Positions 37,601 through 50,512 of a stretch of 64,000 nt of DNA are shown piece by piece. Numbering within the stretch: position 1 is the first letter of the stretch; the number at the start of each line of letters is the position of its first letter. This stretch comes from Pocillopora damicornis. Its lineage: Eukaryota. A program made the translations under genes and the position numbers. The stretch covers positions 248,001-312,000 of the forward strand of contig NW_020845998.1 in assembly GCF_003704095.1 (NCBI RefSeq). Reading direction: 5' to 3'. The notes under the pieces were generated by a model. It had not been told where the DNA came from, did no database searches, and saw only the letters and a program-made list of their open reading frames with translations.

Positions 37601-40600
37601 GCTCACGTTTGCCACCGATGGTACAAAGCCTGTTGTGTTAGAAGCAAGTGAAACTGTTTGATTGATTACTTGGATGGTTTCATTTGCAGCTGGCTGTTGC
37701 GCGGCGACAAGTTGCTGAGCTGCAATTGGTGCAGCAGGCTGCTGAACAGCCGCAGCAGCCTGTCCTACTTGGGGAACTGCTGGGTTAGGTGCTGCAGGTG
37801 CACCAGCATTAGGCACAGCGGAGGCAACTGCGGGAGCAGGTGTTTCAGCCGCTACAGGAGCAACACCTGGTGTTGCACCTGCGGTCGGAGCAGCTGCAGA
37901 TGTACCAGCAGCAGGAACAGCTGCGGGCGCAGCTGCAGAAGCGGTGGTTGAGGCAGCTGCAGGGGAGATGCCGGCAGCAGGAGCAGCCACAGGCGCAGCA
38001 CCAACGGCAGGGGTAGCAACAGCAGAAGCTGGAGCAGCAGCCTGTCCAGCAGGAGCGGCATCCTGGGCGCCAGGAGCTGTCTGCTGAGCCGTGTTTTGCT
38101 GATAAGGGTCGGCAGCTTTTCCCTCGTCAACGTACTGCATATGAACAGGATGCTCGTCCGGGTAAAGGAATAACCATTTCCTGTAATTGCTCTGGTAGTC
38201 AAAAAGCTTGTAGCTGGTTGTCGGGACAACGTCGGGCTGTTTGGTTGGTGAATAGTCATTTGGATGTCTAAGGAAAACGACATCACGTCTATCGCCATCA
38301 TCTCGTTTGTCTATGTGTTTGGCAGAGTGTTTATTCTTGTGTTTCGATCCACTTATTCCATGCTTTTTGTCTCCTTTCTTGTAATACAAGACGGCAGGAA
38401 GCTTCATTAATTCAGGTCCTGTAATGGCGTCGGAATAATAAATATTTTCATTATACAATCAAGTTTTAAACAACCAGCTTTGGCACATCCTTATTAATTC
38501 TAGAAAAAAACAACAAGGTTGCCTGTAATGCATTTAAATTTACCAGGAATAAATCCATTGGTGTGGAACGCAACTGCTACCGTCATTTTGGGGGAAAATT
38601 TAACGTTAACTAGACGACTGAACGGCAAATAGGCCCATCAGAGTTTTCTAGCCTAAGTGGAATCATTTTGTGCGATATTAGCACTAATCGATGGACAAAG
38701 ACAACTAGGTGACCCTTCTGCTGTGATAAAACAGAGTGCTATACCTTCATATTCACAGAGTCTGCACATTCTGGGACAGTTCAGCTGAACCCATTCTGAA
38801 GCGCAATCAAGATCACTGTATTTGGAGCAGTAGGAATGGTTGACACAAAATTCACCCTTTGGGGCTGAAAGAAATTAAATAGAGATTTCATTTATTATCT
38901 GCATTTAATGGTGAAATTGGAACCAGATCTGAAGGTAACTGATCGGCAAGGTAAATAATCTTATGTGTACGATTTACCATTGTATTTCTTGCTTCCACTT
39001 TTGTGAACGGCATGTTTTGATTTCTTGATGGCTGTTCAAGGAAAAACGTAGAAGGAACGACTCAATAAATACACTGAAATAAGCAAGAGAGAGTGAATAA
39101 TGTAGCGCATTAAAGAGAGGGCCTGACGCTCCACTAGCTTCCGTGGCCGGAGGTATTTTATCAGCAAGTGCCCCGCTACTTTTCCGAGAAGTTGTGTAAC
39201 CTGCAATGCAAAGGCTCCGCTTATAGCTTTTAAGGTCCAAGAGATGTAAAATCTTATATAGCGCACAGATTTCCTGAAATCATGATGTCCAAAAACCTAA
39301 CATCTTTCTTTGTCGAATATGAAGATGTTCATCATCTTTTCGCAGTCTCTTTCTTCCATAAATGTTGCGTTGCATAGGCTGTTTAAGATGCGAGGTATAT
39401 GCGGCATTTTATGTCTGTGTAGTCCCATTAAATTTTTTTGCTGTAAGAGAGGCACGGACATTGAAACTCCTTGATAGAAAAGAGGATAAAATTTTAAGGA
39501 ATTTCCTTGTACGCCTCTTTTAGCTAAATCTCTCCATGTTAAACTAAATCAAAATCCTTGATTGTCTCCCCGTCATAGATTACCCAATCACCGATAAACA
39601 TCGGTGCTTTGAGGACAAAGTCATGCTAATAAACCACGGCACAGTTGTGTATAAGTAAACAAACAATTCCTCTTGTGTCTCAGTACCAAAAACAATCAGC
39701 CATGATAAGAGTCCCAGCATTGAATGTTTTTTTTTGGAGATATAATTCCCTAACAGCTTGTGATCTCATTGGCAATGCGGGTGTTCTCTTCAAACGCTGA
39801 TTTTCTCATAATAAACTTACAAGTGCCCGTGTTGGTTTTGTAAAACCAACCATAAAAAAGTAATAAGGAAGGCCGACAATCCTTTCTAGAATATTGACCT
39901 AGCTTTGAAGATTATCAATTATTATATTGCTTGTTTTTGTGAATTTTCCGTCACGGAAAAATAAACCTATAAAGTGCCCTCTTTATCCAGGTATTTTTTC
40001 GCCCTCTTTGTTCTCCTAGGAATTAATCGATATTTTGGGAACCATCAATCTTTATCATCAGAGTCGGTGGTTGCGATGAAAGTTTACCTTTTACTGGGAA
40101 ATTGCCACGGAAATTCCATTTTCCTCTTAAAAGCCATGTACCGAACAGAACAATTAAATATTGCAAAGCGAAAAACCTGGAAAGTGAATAATCTGACTGC
40201 GGACTACAGAACTGATGGTAGCGAAATTAAGATGAACTGCGCTGATTGCTTTCATTTTGATAAAGACAGAAGTATTTCAGCGATTTCCAAACATCCATAT
40301 TCGCCTGTTTGAGTCAACTGTAAGGAAACTTTGCTCCTGCGTTTTCCAAATCTTCCAGGCTGAGCTGGTTATGCAGTGTTTGTCACTGACAGATTGACCT
40401 GTAAAGCTACGTTAATTAAATCTTCAAAGTTTTTCAATTTCAAGTATTGTTCAGCCATCCAGTTTTAGCGCATCTTAAAAAACTCTAAAAGTAATAGGGT
40501 ATTCCTCGACCTAAGATGAATTCCTACATTTAAACCTACGGTTTTATGTTTTGTTAAAATCTCACTTGAGACAGGTGTCGCCGCATTACTTGTATGTAAA

Positions 40601-41041
40601 CTTCAGCTGGTGTTTTTCCAGCTGAAAATGGCCAAACTGTTCATCATAAATAATTCACAGTGATCGGAGCACCACTATTTCGTCAGGAGAACAATAAAAT
40701 CATAGTACTTAGTGGCGAAATCATTTGTGAAACCTTGCGGTTCAATGAAGCTTTGCGTTTCAATCTTGTTGGCATTGAAGCTTTCAACCAGCATTTATCC
40801 CTGTTTATTTGCCATTTGAATTATCTTTCATATGCCATTATTCAAAGCTGGTAAAGATCACGGCCAGAATGAAAACAATAAGTCAATAGATCGATTAATT
40901 GAATTAGGAGTATATCAAACCAGGCTGTTTCAGTGGATAAATCTCGTATTTACCTTTAGCCTCCACGAGTCCATGCTGTACAGCACAAAAGAATAATATG
41001 AAAAGTGCCTTTACGCCATATCTTGTCGCCGTCAACTTCAT
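34668..41041 (-). CDS. Gene B: secreted protein (~893 aa), signal peptide - K/H-rich - ShKT - A/P-rich - S/N/Q-rich plus domain Y - ShKT - domain X - A/T/Q-rich - ShKT
   Basis: Exons 41041-40954 (MKLTATRYGVKALFILFFCAVQHGLVEA|K), 39031-38978, 38864-38745 (ShKT), 38418-37528, 37062-36508, 36129-36010 (ShKT), 35881-35441, 35163-34855 and 34771-34668 (ShKT + TAA). All phase 1, total 2682 nt. Probable 5' UTR exon donor near 41563. Confidence 0.87.
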
Positions 41042-43071
41042 CGTTTTCTTTATCTGACAAAGGAGAGCAGGTTATAGACCGGTTGTTAAGATCGAGTCTG
41101 TTAATAAGATGAACTCCTATATGCATGCAATTTGTCGTGATTATTCTAAAATGCTGTTTAAAAAAAATTGATTTTTACATCAGCTTGAACATGGTTCTAT
41201 GGAACGAACAGAGATAATGTAAAAGGTATTTGCTATATACACTAGAGGAGCACAACTCATTATCTAACAGTAATAGTAATCTGCTGAGCAAATAACAGCG
41301 TAAATTGGTATAAATTGCGTCTAGTGACGGCGATAATGGTAAGAATTTTTCATTTCTCAGTCTCAAGATATGCAGTCAGAAATAAGTCAACTTCATAAGC
41401 GTGAGAGAAATGGATCGATTAAATAGTAATAACTTGTTCAACAGAGAAAAGTTGTGTCCAATTAATTGATTTTTCTGTCAATGTTCTTGGAGCTCAGTTC
41501 GTATATTTAGACAATCAAACAATTTACTCGATAAACAAGCTTTTCATGAATATAGCTCTTACCTGATAATTTTATGGTTATGAAGGAGACATAAAGGAAA
41601 ACACGAACGGTCCCTCCGAAAGGTTGTTTTGAATTTCAAAAATATGATAACATTTAAAACAATAATTTGGCAGCTCTTTCAATTGAGAAAAAATATGATC
41701 CCATAATTCTCAGCGAGTCACGTGCTTGTCTGTCCGAGAGGAACATTGATCCTCCAGGAGCTGAGTACGAGTTAATGGTCGCACCCGTTTTGTTCAGAGG
41801 AACATAGTTAATCTGAATTTTGCAGATTGCGATGTTGGAAGATAAATGTTCAAAATGATCGTACCAAACAAAACAGCGCGTGTGTAATGCTGGGGGTATC
41901 TTTTGACAATTAATTTAATTTCTTTTAACCAGCTAAGGATACGATTCGGTTTGGAAACCAAACTAATAAATTCGAATTTGGAACAGCCCAACTTCATAAG
42001 GCACGGTTAATGATGGGAACGGTGAACTTCAATACCCGTTCTGGCTGTACCCAAAACACCTTTCATAGAACTGCTTCAAAAACACTTTACGAATATGGTT
42101 AGAGACGGACGGTAGTCCTGTCAACAAGCGGCTCCAAAGGTATGTGTCGAATCTTGCAGTTGAGCAGCAGTTAGAGCCATATAAAGAAAATGAAGCCCTA
42201 GAAAGCATTCAGATTTGGACGAGTTCAAACTAGTGTCCCTTTAGATAAAGACTGAGACCTGGAACTGAGCTACGAAGCCTCGTGATAGGAGCGAGGCTCA
42301 TCTCAATCCCCACAGTATCAACAAACGCTTATTCTTGTGTTTTTGTGTTTTTTTTTCTTGTGTTTTATTTTTACCATGCTCCCACCAAACGCGTAGCTCG
42401 ATCCTTTAGTACATAAACCACACACAATCCAAATTCCTCGATTCGGTCTGAATGCAGAAATACAGTTTTTCAGAAACTTACCCCCTTTAATCTCAGTGGA
42501 TTCATTTCTCTTGAAAAATTATTAAAATAAGTCATATTTCGGTATTAATAAGTGGCGGACTGAAATTCAGAATCTAAGGGACTCCCACTAGTCTTCGAGT
42601 TAGTTAAGAACTTCAGATCTCAGTTTAATAAAAAGGAAAAGAAAAAAGATAAGAAATGCAGGTGGCGACATCTAACTCAGGGTGAGGATTCGAGTCGCAG
42701 GGAAGAATCAGATAGTCATATTTCATTACAGAAAAATATTTATTGCGCAAATTAAAGACTTTTAAGGCAGTACATAATTTCAAAAGTAAATGTATTTATT
42801 TAAAATACAATAAACTGATCATGCGAGGGAAGTCGACATAATACCAATCTGAAAGCATTGATCTTCCTTGTGAGTAAACACTGTTAAAAGCTACTGACCT
42901 ACTTCACCTGCACGTGAGCTGACAAGTAAAGTCCAGGGGAAAAAAACTACTCTGAAGTTTAATAATCATTTAGTATTTCTACATTATACATTCTGATGAA
43001 ATAACGTCCACATAAGCGAAATGAAGCAAAAGTCCTCATTTTTCAATCGTAAATTGTTACGAATATTGATT

Positions 43072-46000
43072 TTAATTTTTTAACTTCTTCGGTTTCGTGG
43101 TTTTAATCTTTGGCTTGTCTTGCTTCACTACTTTATCAATTTTTTTGGCCTTCTTCACTACTTTATCACTGCTGACTTTTTTCGCCGTCTTCTTGACCTC
43201 AACTTTCGGTTTTGCATCCTCCACCTTCTTGGCTTGTTTCTTGCTCTTGACAATTTTAACATGCATCGCTTTCAGAGGAGCGTCGTTGAATTTGATTGGC
43301 TGATGGACCATCTTGGCGACCACGGGCTCACCACGTGGATCTGTGTCAAGTCTGATTGGTTCTTCAGGTTTGTCCTCAGCGTTGGCCACGCCTGATGCAT
43401 TGTCGTCATGATCATTATCATCTTCGTTTTCGTCATCAGAGCTTCCTTCCCCGCTCACATCTTGGTCCTTGACAAAATCGTAAAATACCAAAGAAAACTA
43501 CTATTAATACCATTATCGGAGGATCTTGATTGGGTCACAGCAACGTTTATCTGACTTTGACGAGGGCTTTTTGAGTTCACGATCTATTTCCTTTATACCC
43601 GAGATTTAATGCTTGATTCATGAGTGAAAATATTTGTGATCATATTGATAATATTGAAGCGTTAAAGTAAAAGGGGACATAACCGTGTTTGTATAGCCAC
43701 ATTTCTTTCCGAAAAACACTTTCTGGCACATAAAAATAAAAAAATAGTAATAAGCTAAACCAGTTGTACTAATAATGTATTTGCTTACAGTAGCATCTTC
43801 ATCATCAGCATTGTCGTTATCATCATTGACGTCATCATCGTCACTGTTTTTCTCGCTGGCGTCATTATCACTTCGGGTCTGTGTCGGTTTGATCACTGGC
43901 TTGGCAATAACAGGTTTGTCGTTCTTCTTCTCGAGTGTCTCGACTTTCGCTGCCACTTGCTTCACAGCATCTTTAACTTTCTTGGTCATTTTCTTAAGGA
44001 CTTTTTGCAGTTGTTTCACACTGCCTACCTGTTTCGTCTCAATCTTCTCTTCCTTCTGCGTGGTCTTATCCTGCTTCTTTATGGTGTCACTGAAATGTCT
44101 CTTTTTGCCAATGGTGATGTGGGCGTTGCCTTGACGTTCTTAAAGAGAAAAGGAAAAGTTTACTTTCATATCATAGAACTAATTATTTTTTTTAGCCTTC
44201 ATTATTCAGTGGTGAGCCAAAATTATTATTCTCCTTTACAAGTATTATAAAAGGGTTAAACTCTCTATCATCCTTACAAGATTTTTATTAAGACATTGGT
44301 CCTTGACGACTTTACATTGTGCAAGAATGAATTGACGTGATGTAACACGATGTTATTTTCGGTTGAACTAGAAAATTCTTGTAAATAAGAATTATATCAA
44401 CTCGTACGGGCGTGTGAGGTTTCCTCTCTCGTGTGTTTCACTACTAAAAAGGGGGAAATAAGCTTGCACCAACGTTCTGTCAGTCAACTCTGACAAAAGA
44501 AATATAACCTACAAATCGTAATCTTCGTTCATTTTCTCTCACTTGGTTTAATTTTATATTCTGCTCACCATAACCACATGTTCCACATTTGGATTTACAC
44601 GTCTCCCTGACCCAATGCACCATGCAAGCAGATGCGGCAAACTTCTTACAGACATTTAAGTCTTGGCAGCCAATGAACACTCCATAAGGAACTAAACAGG
44701 CCATACAAATCAGAAATTTCAAGTTAAACTTTCAACCATTAAAAGGATATAATACAGTGTTCGGTTGTTCTTAAGGCTCCTAAAATTACGAGATTTGCAA
44801 ATCTGAGCGTCCATCTTCTTGCTCAAACACTCATTGAAGTTTTAGTCAAAAACAAATGGACAGCTATCAAGAATAAAATTCGTCGTTCGCGACTTTCATA
44901 CATAAAACAGCTATTACTGCAAATGTGTTGAAACACTGACGCACCGAAGTATCACACGATTATCGAGCAATAACACCATTAAAGCACTTAAACTGTTGCT
45001 AGGCAATCAAACCCTACTCCCCAATCTCTTATTCAGATCATTCTTTCGGAGGATGAGAATGAGAGAGTTCCTGGGGAAGAAGCTACGCAGCTTCCCTGGC
45101 CTGAGGCGAGTACTCTGCTGAGGAACCGCCGTTTTTAAGAGAGAGTGACATGAGAATGTCTCTCCTTTTCTCATGCGTTACCGAATTTTCAATGCTCTAT
45201 TTTCTGCTTGTATAATTAATATCTTAGCCTTCTTCTCACCTTTACATAAATCACAGCTTTTTCTGCAATACCTCTGCGTATAAACATCTCTACATTGTCC
45301 GGTCTGGGCGTAATTCTTGCAGTAAGGCTTGTAGTCTTCACATGGGAACAATTTCTCTACAAAAAAAATCATTCAGAGTTGACAAATGAATTTTCTTCTA
45401 TAAAAAAAATTCATTTGCGTCGAAAGTAATCCTAGATTGCTTTAGATTTGCTTTTCTTCACTCTATGATTAGTCCAGAAATCTTGCGCCACTTTATCAAC
45501 CAATCAGATGCAAAACAAAACTCAATCGTCTCTTGGTTAACCGCGTTTTCCCGCGCTTCGGTTAGTTCACTTGTTTTAACTTTGAGTTCTCATTGGCTCC
45601 TTCTGATTTGTCCCTTACTTGTAATTGGTCGTTGTGATCACTTTGGTTTATGTTTTAAGACACCCATTAGAAATGCACTCCATTCCACATAAAACCTTAT
45701 GATCAGTCAAGAACTCCTTAAATGCAAGACCTTTCAAGGTCTAAATTTTTTCTTTACAGTTCAGATTATTTTTGAGGCTTGAAACAAAGAGTATGAGAGA
45801 AATCCAGCGAAGTGTATTGAATATTTAAGGTGTAAGTGTTATCAAAATCAGAAAGTGAAAACCATGTACAATAACTTTGATTTCATGACAAATACGACAG
45901 TCAAAGCATTTGCTGTGCTCTTTGGCTAAAAAGAGCAAATCTCTGCCGATAAAGGCAAACAGTAAAATTCCTACCTTTCTCTTCTTTTGTTAATTTGAGA

Positions 46001-48191
46001 TCATCCATAGCTTTATCTTCAGCTAAACAGACAATGAAACAAGATATGAGGATCTCACGAAAGTGAGAGGAGTGCGTTTCTCACATCCATGGAAATAAAG
46101 TCATATGAAATAACTGTGTATCAATAAGGGCTGATGAGCACATCAAGGTAGTAATAGTTTTTTCATCTTTGGATTTTTTTAATGATTTTGTCTCTGCTTT
46201 ACCACGGCGTTTCTTTTAAGGTTCACTTTCTTTCATCGCATTATTTTATTCATTCATCCATGCATGCGTCAATATTGTAGACGATATCACGAACCTGTCT
46301 TTGGCTTCTTTGTTGCAGGCATTACTAAAGCTTCTGTGAGGAAAAATAAATAAGTTATTAAGTTCTGAGTCGGTCAACAGCTTTGATTCTGTAGCCTTTT
46401 ATTGTATCTAATTGTATATTTTTGTAATTTCAAATTCATTAAGAACGAAAGTCTTAAGATTTAACCCAAATATAGAAATATATTGCATCGGATATATGTG
46501 TTACTTTAGAAAAGGCTTTGACAAAATGCATCACTTGTGATACTTTCCACAGGTGACCAAACATGCAACATCTTTTGAACTGACGGCAGAGCAGTTAAAA
46601 AACGATTGTTCTTATCTATGAGTCTCTTGATATTGGAAAAAGACATAAAGCATAAAGAGTGGTGTCTTCCGAACAACACAGCTGTCAAGCGTCGGGCATG
46701 CGCGAGGGAATCAATTTTGGCCTGCCCAACGCGCGAATTTCCTGCGCAAAATTCTAAAAACGAGGGAAGTAACTGCTGTCTTGAAGAATAAGCGAATAAA
46801 ATTGTAACGTTCGTAGTAATATGTGAAAGGCAATAAAAATAGGGAAAAGGACAACTCAAGACTTTTCTAACACAAAGCATATTCGAGTACGGGTATTCTG
46901 CTGATCAACCCTTATATTTTGAGCTTTATTAAAAAAGATGTTCGCTTTTAAAACACAATGAGTTACTGGCTTGTGGGGTTGTTTGTAACTCGTGAGATAC
47001 AACTTGGTTCTGACAATGTAATTGTCATTGCATTGTTATTGCAACGAATGTCATTACATTGTTATTACAACGAATGCCCACTCGCAGACGTTTGACCTCT
47101 GTGTTCTCCCGAGCTGATCTCTATCAAGGCTTGAAGCTAGGGAGATACACTCGCTATGCACAAAATACAATAGTTATTGGTACGATTAGAACTTTTTCAC
47201 GTGATCATACCTGCCATCACAGGCAGCTTGCCGTTGCTGTTATTAGATGCCTTGCTTCCAACAATGAAAGTTGTTGTATCTATGGCAACACAATCATGAG
47301 TGTTTGTCACCACTATAATGAACCATGTCTAGTTGCAAAATTATATCGATAAACAAAGAGGGAGTAAAGCGTAAGTTGCAGTGTATGGTCCGATATTGGC
47401 GTACCTGAGGGAGGACCTTGCACGAGGGCCCCGGGTTCTTTTGGTGCTTGACTCACGGGATTGCGCAAATTCATTTTGACGCCATTGACTTTGATCTCTG
47501 TAACAGTGAATAAAAAAAATATTTATATTTAATCTTCTTTATCAAATCTTAGAGTTAGAATAAAGAAGCTTACCCGGCATTTTCTGGCCTCCTTTTCCAA
47601 GGACCATGGCAAAAACTGAAATTCAAATCGAAAGCATAAAAAGAGAATCCTTCTTTCAAACGATAACAAAAGATTTAAATGTGAGGGAGAGTGGCACTTT
47701 CTGACAGCGTCCATGGGGGGATAATTATGAGTAGTACTATACGAAGGCTTAAACAGTTTATTTCCTTCTGGTGACAATGTTGTTAAGCCGGTTTCTCAGT
47801 ATAAATTATTGAATTATTGTGGCACGTGCACATTTAGCGTTATCGATGAAGTGAGCAGGAATTTTAGAACGGGAAGCCTGCACAAAGGACAGGATAGTGT
47901 TATTTTGAAATATGTATGTATAAATATTTGTACTGTTTTAACACACTACGGATAGGCCCTAATCCTCCCCTCCAATGTAAGTTACACCCTTAGATATTGA
48001 CCATTGTTGGGCCAACAAGGATGGGGTGGGTTAATGGGTTAGTTGACAGAGATTAAGATGCAAGGTTAACACCACCAACTTGAGGTTTTCTGAGGTTTCA
48101 GTTTTAACGAACCTGTGTGTTGTCCCTGCTGGGCGTAAACACAGCATGTGACTGACAGCACAGCAACCAATAGGAGCTGTCGTCTGTCCAT
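43072..48191 (-). CDS. Gene A: secreted protein (~384 aa), signal peptide - ShKT x2 - Lys-rich - Asp-rich - Lys-rich
   Basis: Exons 48191-48113 (MDRRQLLLVAVLSVTCCVYA|QQGQHT), 47615-47574, 46022-45975, 45356-45240 (ShKT), 44691-44569 (ShKT), 44138-43789 and 43467-43072 (stop). Total 1155 nt in frame; minus-strand AATAAA near 42740; probable 5' UTR exon donor near 49028. Confidence 0.87.
45410..45680. mobile_element. MITE-like repeat family 1 copy
   Basis: CAACCAATCAGATGCAAAAC...CGCGTTTTCCCGCGC...TTTGAGTTCTCATTGG matches 7094-7374. Confidence 0.75.
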
Positions 48192-50512
48192 TATCTTTCT
48201 CTGATAAAAAAAAAATAAAAACAAGAGAGAAAATGCAATGAATATAAAGACGTGTTTTCCTCAACATTCTTGACAGCTACGGAACGTTAGGTCCATGATG
48301 GTAATATACCTTCATGGTCGTTGAGGTAGAAATTACAGCGATTCTTCGAGGTTCCCAAAATTTAAGGATTCCGCTACAATTTTATCACGTGATAAGCAAA
48401 TTCGGCTCCAGATCACTTTAAAATGAACAACAAGAAAGGCGAAAACTACTTATGTCTCAAAAAATATCGTTATCAATCTCCACTTCAATTCTTGACAAGA
48501 ATTTAAATTACCTTTGTCAAGTGAAACCAAATAAGCGAGGAAATTCTATATTTACCACCCTTAGCAAAGAGAATGTTGACGTAATTCAGATATAGGATAT
48601 GAAGAATTTTTTTTTTCAATTTTTTTTTAAACAGAGCAAGGGAAGTGAAAGTATTTTATCAACTCGCTACACAAAGCAATAAACGAAAAAGCTTTTTCGC
48701 TTCAAAAAGTGCAATTTTCTAAAAAGTAGTTGTTTATAAAGTTTTGACACCTACAAAAGCTTGTTCGTATTTCAAGCTAACTGGTAAATCTATCTAAATT
48801 TCACAAATTTTTTTTTTTATAATGGATTCTACGGGCGATTTCAAATTTCCTTCAGTAAAATATTTTGCGAGTGAAAGATCGTTATATCAGAGGAGGTATT
48901 ACTTTTAACAACAGCACAATTGACAACCAAACAAACATCAACTAAAAACTGCTTAGTCAAGAAGACAATTAAATCACAAAGTCTGTGTAAACCATTTTAG
49001 ACTCTAAGAAGAAATTTATCGACTTACCGTTATATTCTTGTTCTTTTGGTCTTCTAAAATAAGTCTTAATTCTAAGTTGAAATTTTTATTGTGCAATTTA
49101 TGTCATAGACCTGAAATCCTAAACAACAGAATAACGATCTTCGATCGTGGTTTCGTTAGACACACGTGATTAGCAAAGAGCAGGTACCTCGATTTGGAAA
49201 CTATAAACAACACTTTAAATTCGATATGGACAGCACCTAAACTTTGTTTTGATTATAACATCAAAATTTGCCGGTGACCGCATGTCCCTTGGTGGAATCG
49301 AGTTGACGAACTCTTTTTTTTAATAATTCTTGTTTTAGCGAACTGTTTGAATGAGCAGAAAACAAAACAATTTTTTTAGGACAAAATTTTGAGATTATTC
49401 CGATCTCAATCTAATTTTGCAAACTTCAAAGGTTACTGGAGTTTTCGCCCCGTTGCAAGTTCGCCCCCAACCACCCTTACGAGTCCCTCCCTCGAAGGGT
49501 TACCATTGATGTTAGACATTACAATCCGATTTCAGACGGCATAGTAAGATTTCGGACGTTTCCGACTGACATCTAACACTTACGAGTATTTTCCGATGGT
49601 CCCTTCGTTTCTGGACTTGTGTCCGGTTTCGGACGATCCCGTCCGATTTAAGACACTTGTATCAGGTTTCGGACACCTGTTTCCTTTTTTGGAACAACAG
49701 CGCCCGATTAGGGACAACTGGGTCCGTCCTTGAACCTATCTGTCCGCCTTCGGACACATTGGAATGATTTCGGAATTTTACATCCGTCTTTGGACGATAC
49801 CGTCCAATTTCACACACTTTCGTCCGTTTCCGGAAGGCAGAGTGTAATATCGGACACTTTGCTTCGCCTAAGTCTCGGATTGTACCGCCCACCTTCAACT
49901 GATTTACACCTTACCAAACCTGCTATTGGGAATAACGATATTCCAAATACAAAAGAACCTTACTGCAGCAAAATGGTGGCTCTTTTTAGAGAAGTTTACT
50001 TCAATCTTCCGTTGCGCATTCTTGACAAAGCAATACAAGTTACCTGGAACCACAATGAAATTTTGTTCAACTTGAGCGTTCGAGATATAAATAATTTTTT
50101 ATGGTTGCTTATTAGTGTGGCGCTTACTGTCATCGCTTTTTAGGAAGGCAGGCTCTCTGAGAATTGATATGTTGCATATTATAGAATATATATTATTATA
50201 TTTTTCAAATAGACCCTAAGTTGTCGTGCAGCTTTTCAATGATAGATCACGGATGACGTCAAGATACGGTGAGAAGGAAAAAATGGCACAGAAGGCGTAG
50301 CCACATTTTGGCGGTTTCTGCGATCTATTACCGTACAGACCCACGGTAACGTAGAACCTCTTTGTTTTATATGATAAAAAACCAAAATGATTGTAATGGT
50401 GACGTCGTCTATGCCTCTGGCCTCCAGTAGAGAGTGAGTAAGGACCAATCAAAATGCGTGTATTGCAGCTTATCATATAATTTTATATACATACACATCT
50501 TTTTACATGATA

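Noticed and set aside
40088-40123. Possible phase-1 micro-exon (KWNFRGNFPVK) in gene B intron 1
   Set aside because: The acceptor is a weak GAG with another AG 2 nt upstream that gives a stop.
126-44250. Many plus-strand ORFs in the track (e.g. 406-903, 9550-9948, 15774-16178, 29695-30120, 30495-30932, 43775-44134)
   Set aside because: Antisense shadows of the minus-strand exons, with no domain signal or splice logic.
49440-49900. Recurrent TTTCGGAC/GTCCGA motifs resembling a spaced array
   Set aside because: Irregular spacing and short degenerate units in a eukaryotic context; not CRISPR, probably a decayed transposon subterminal repeat.
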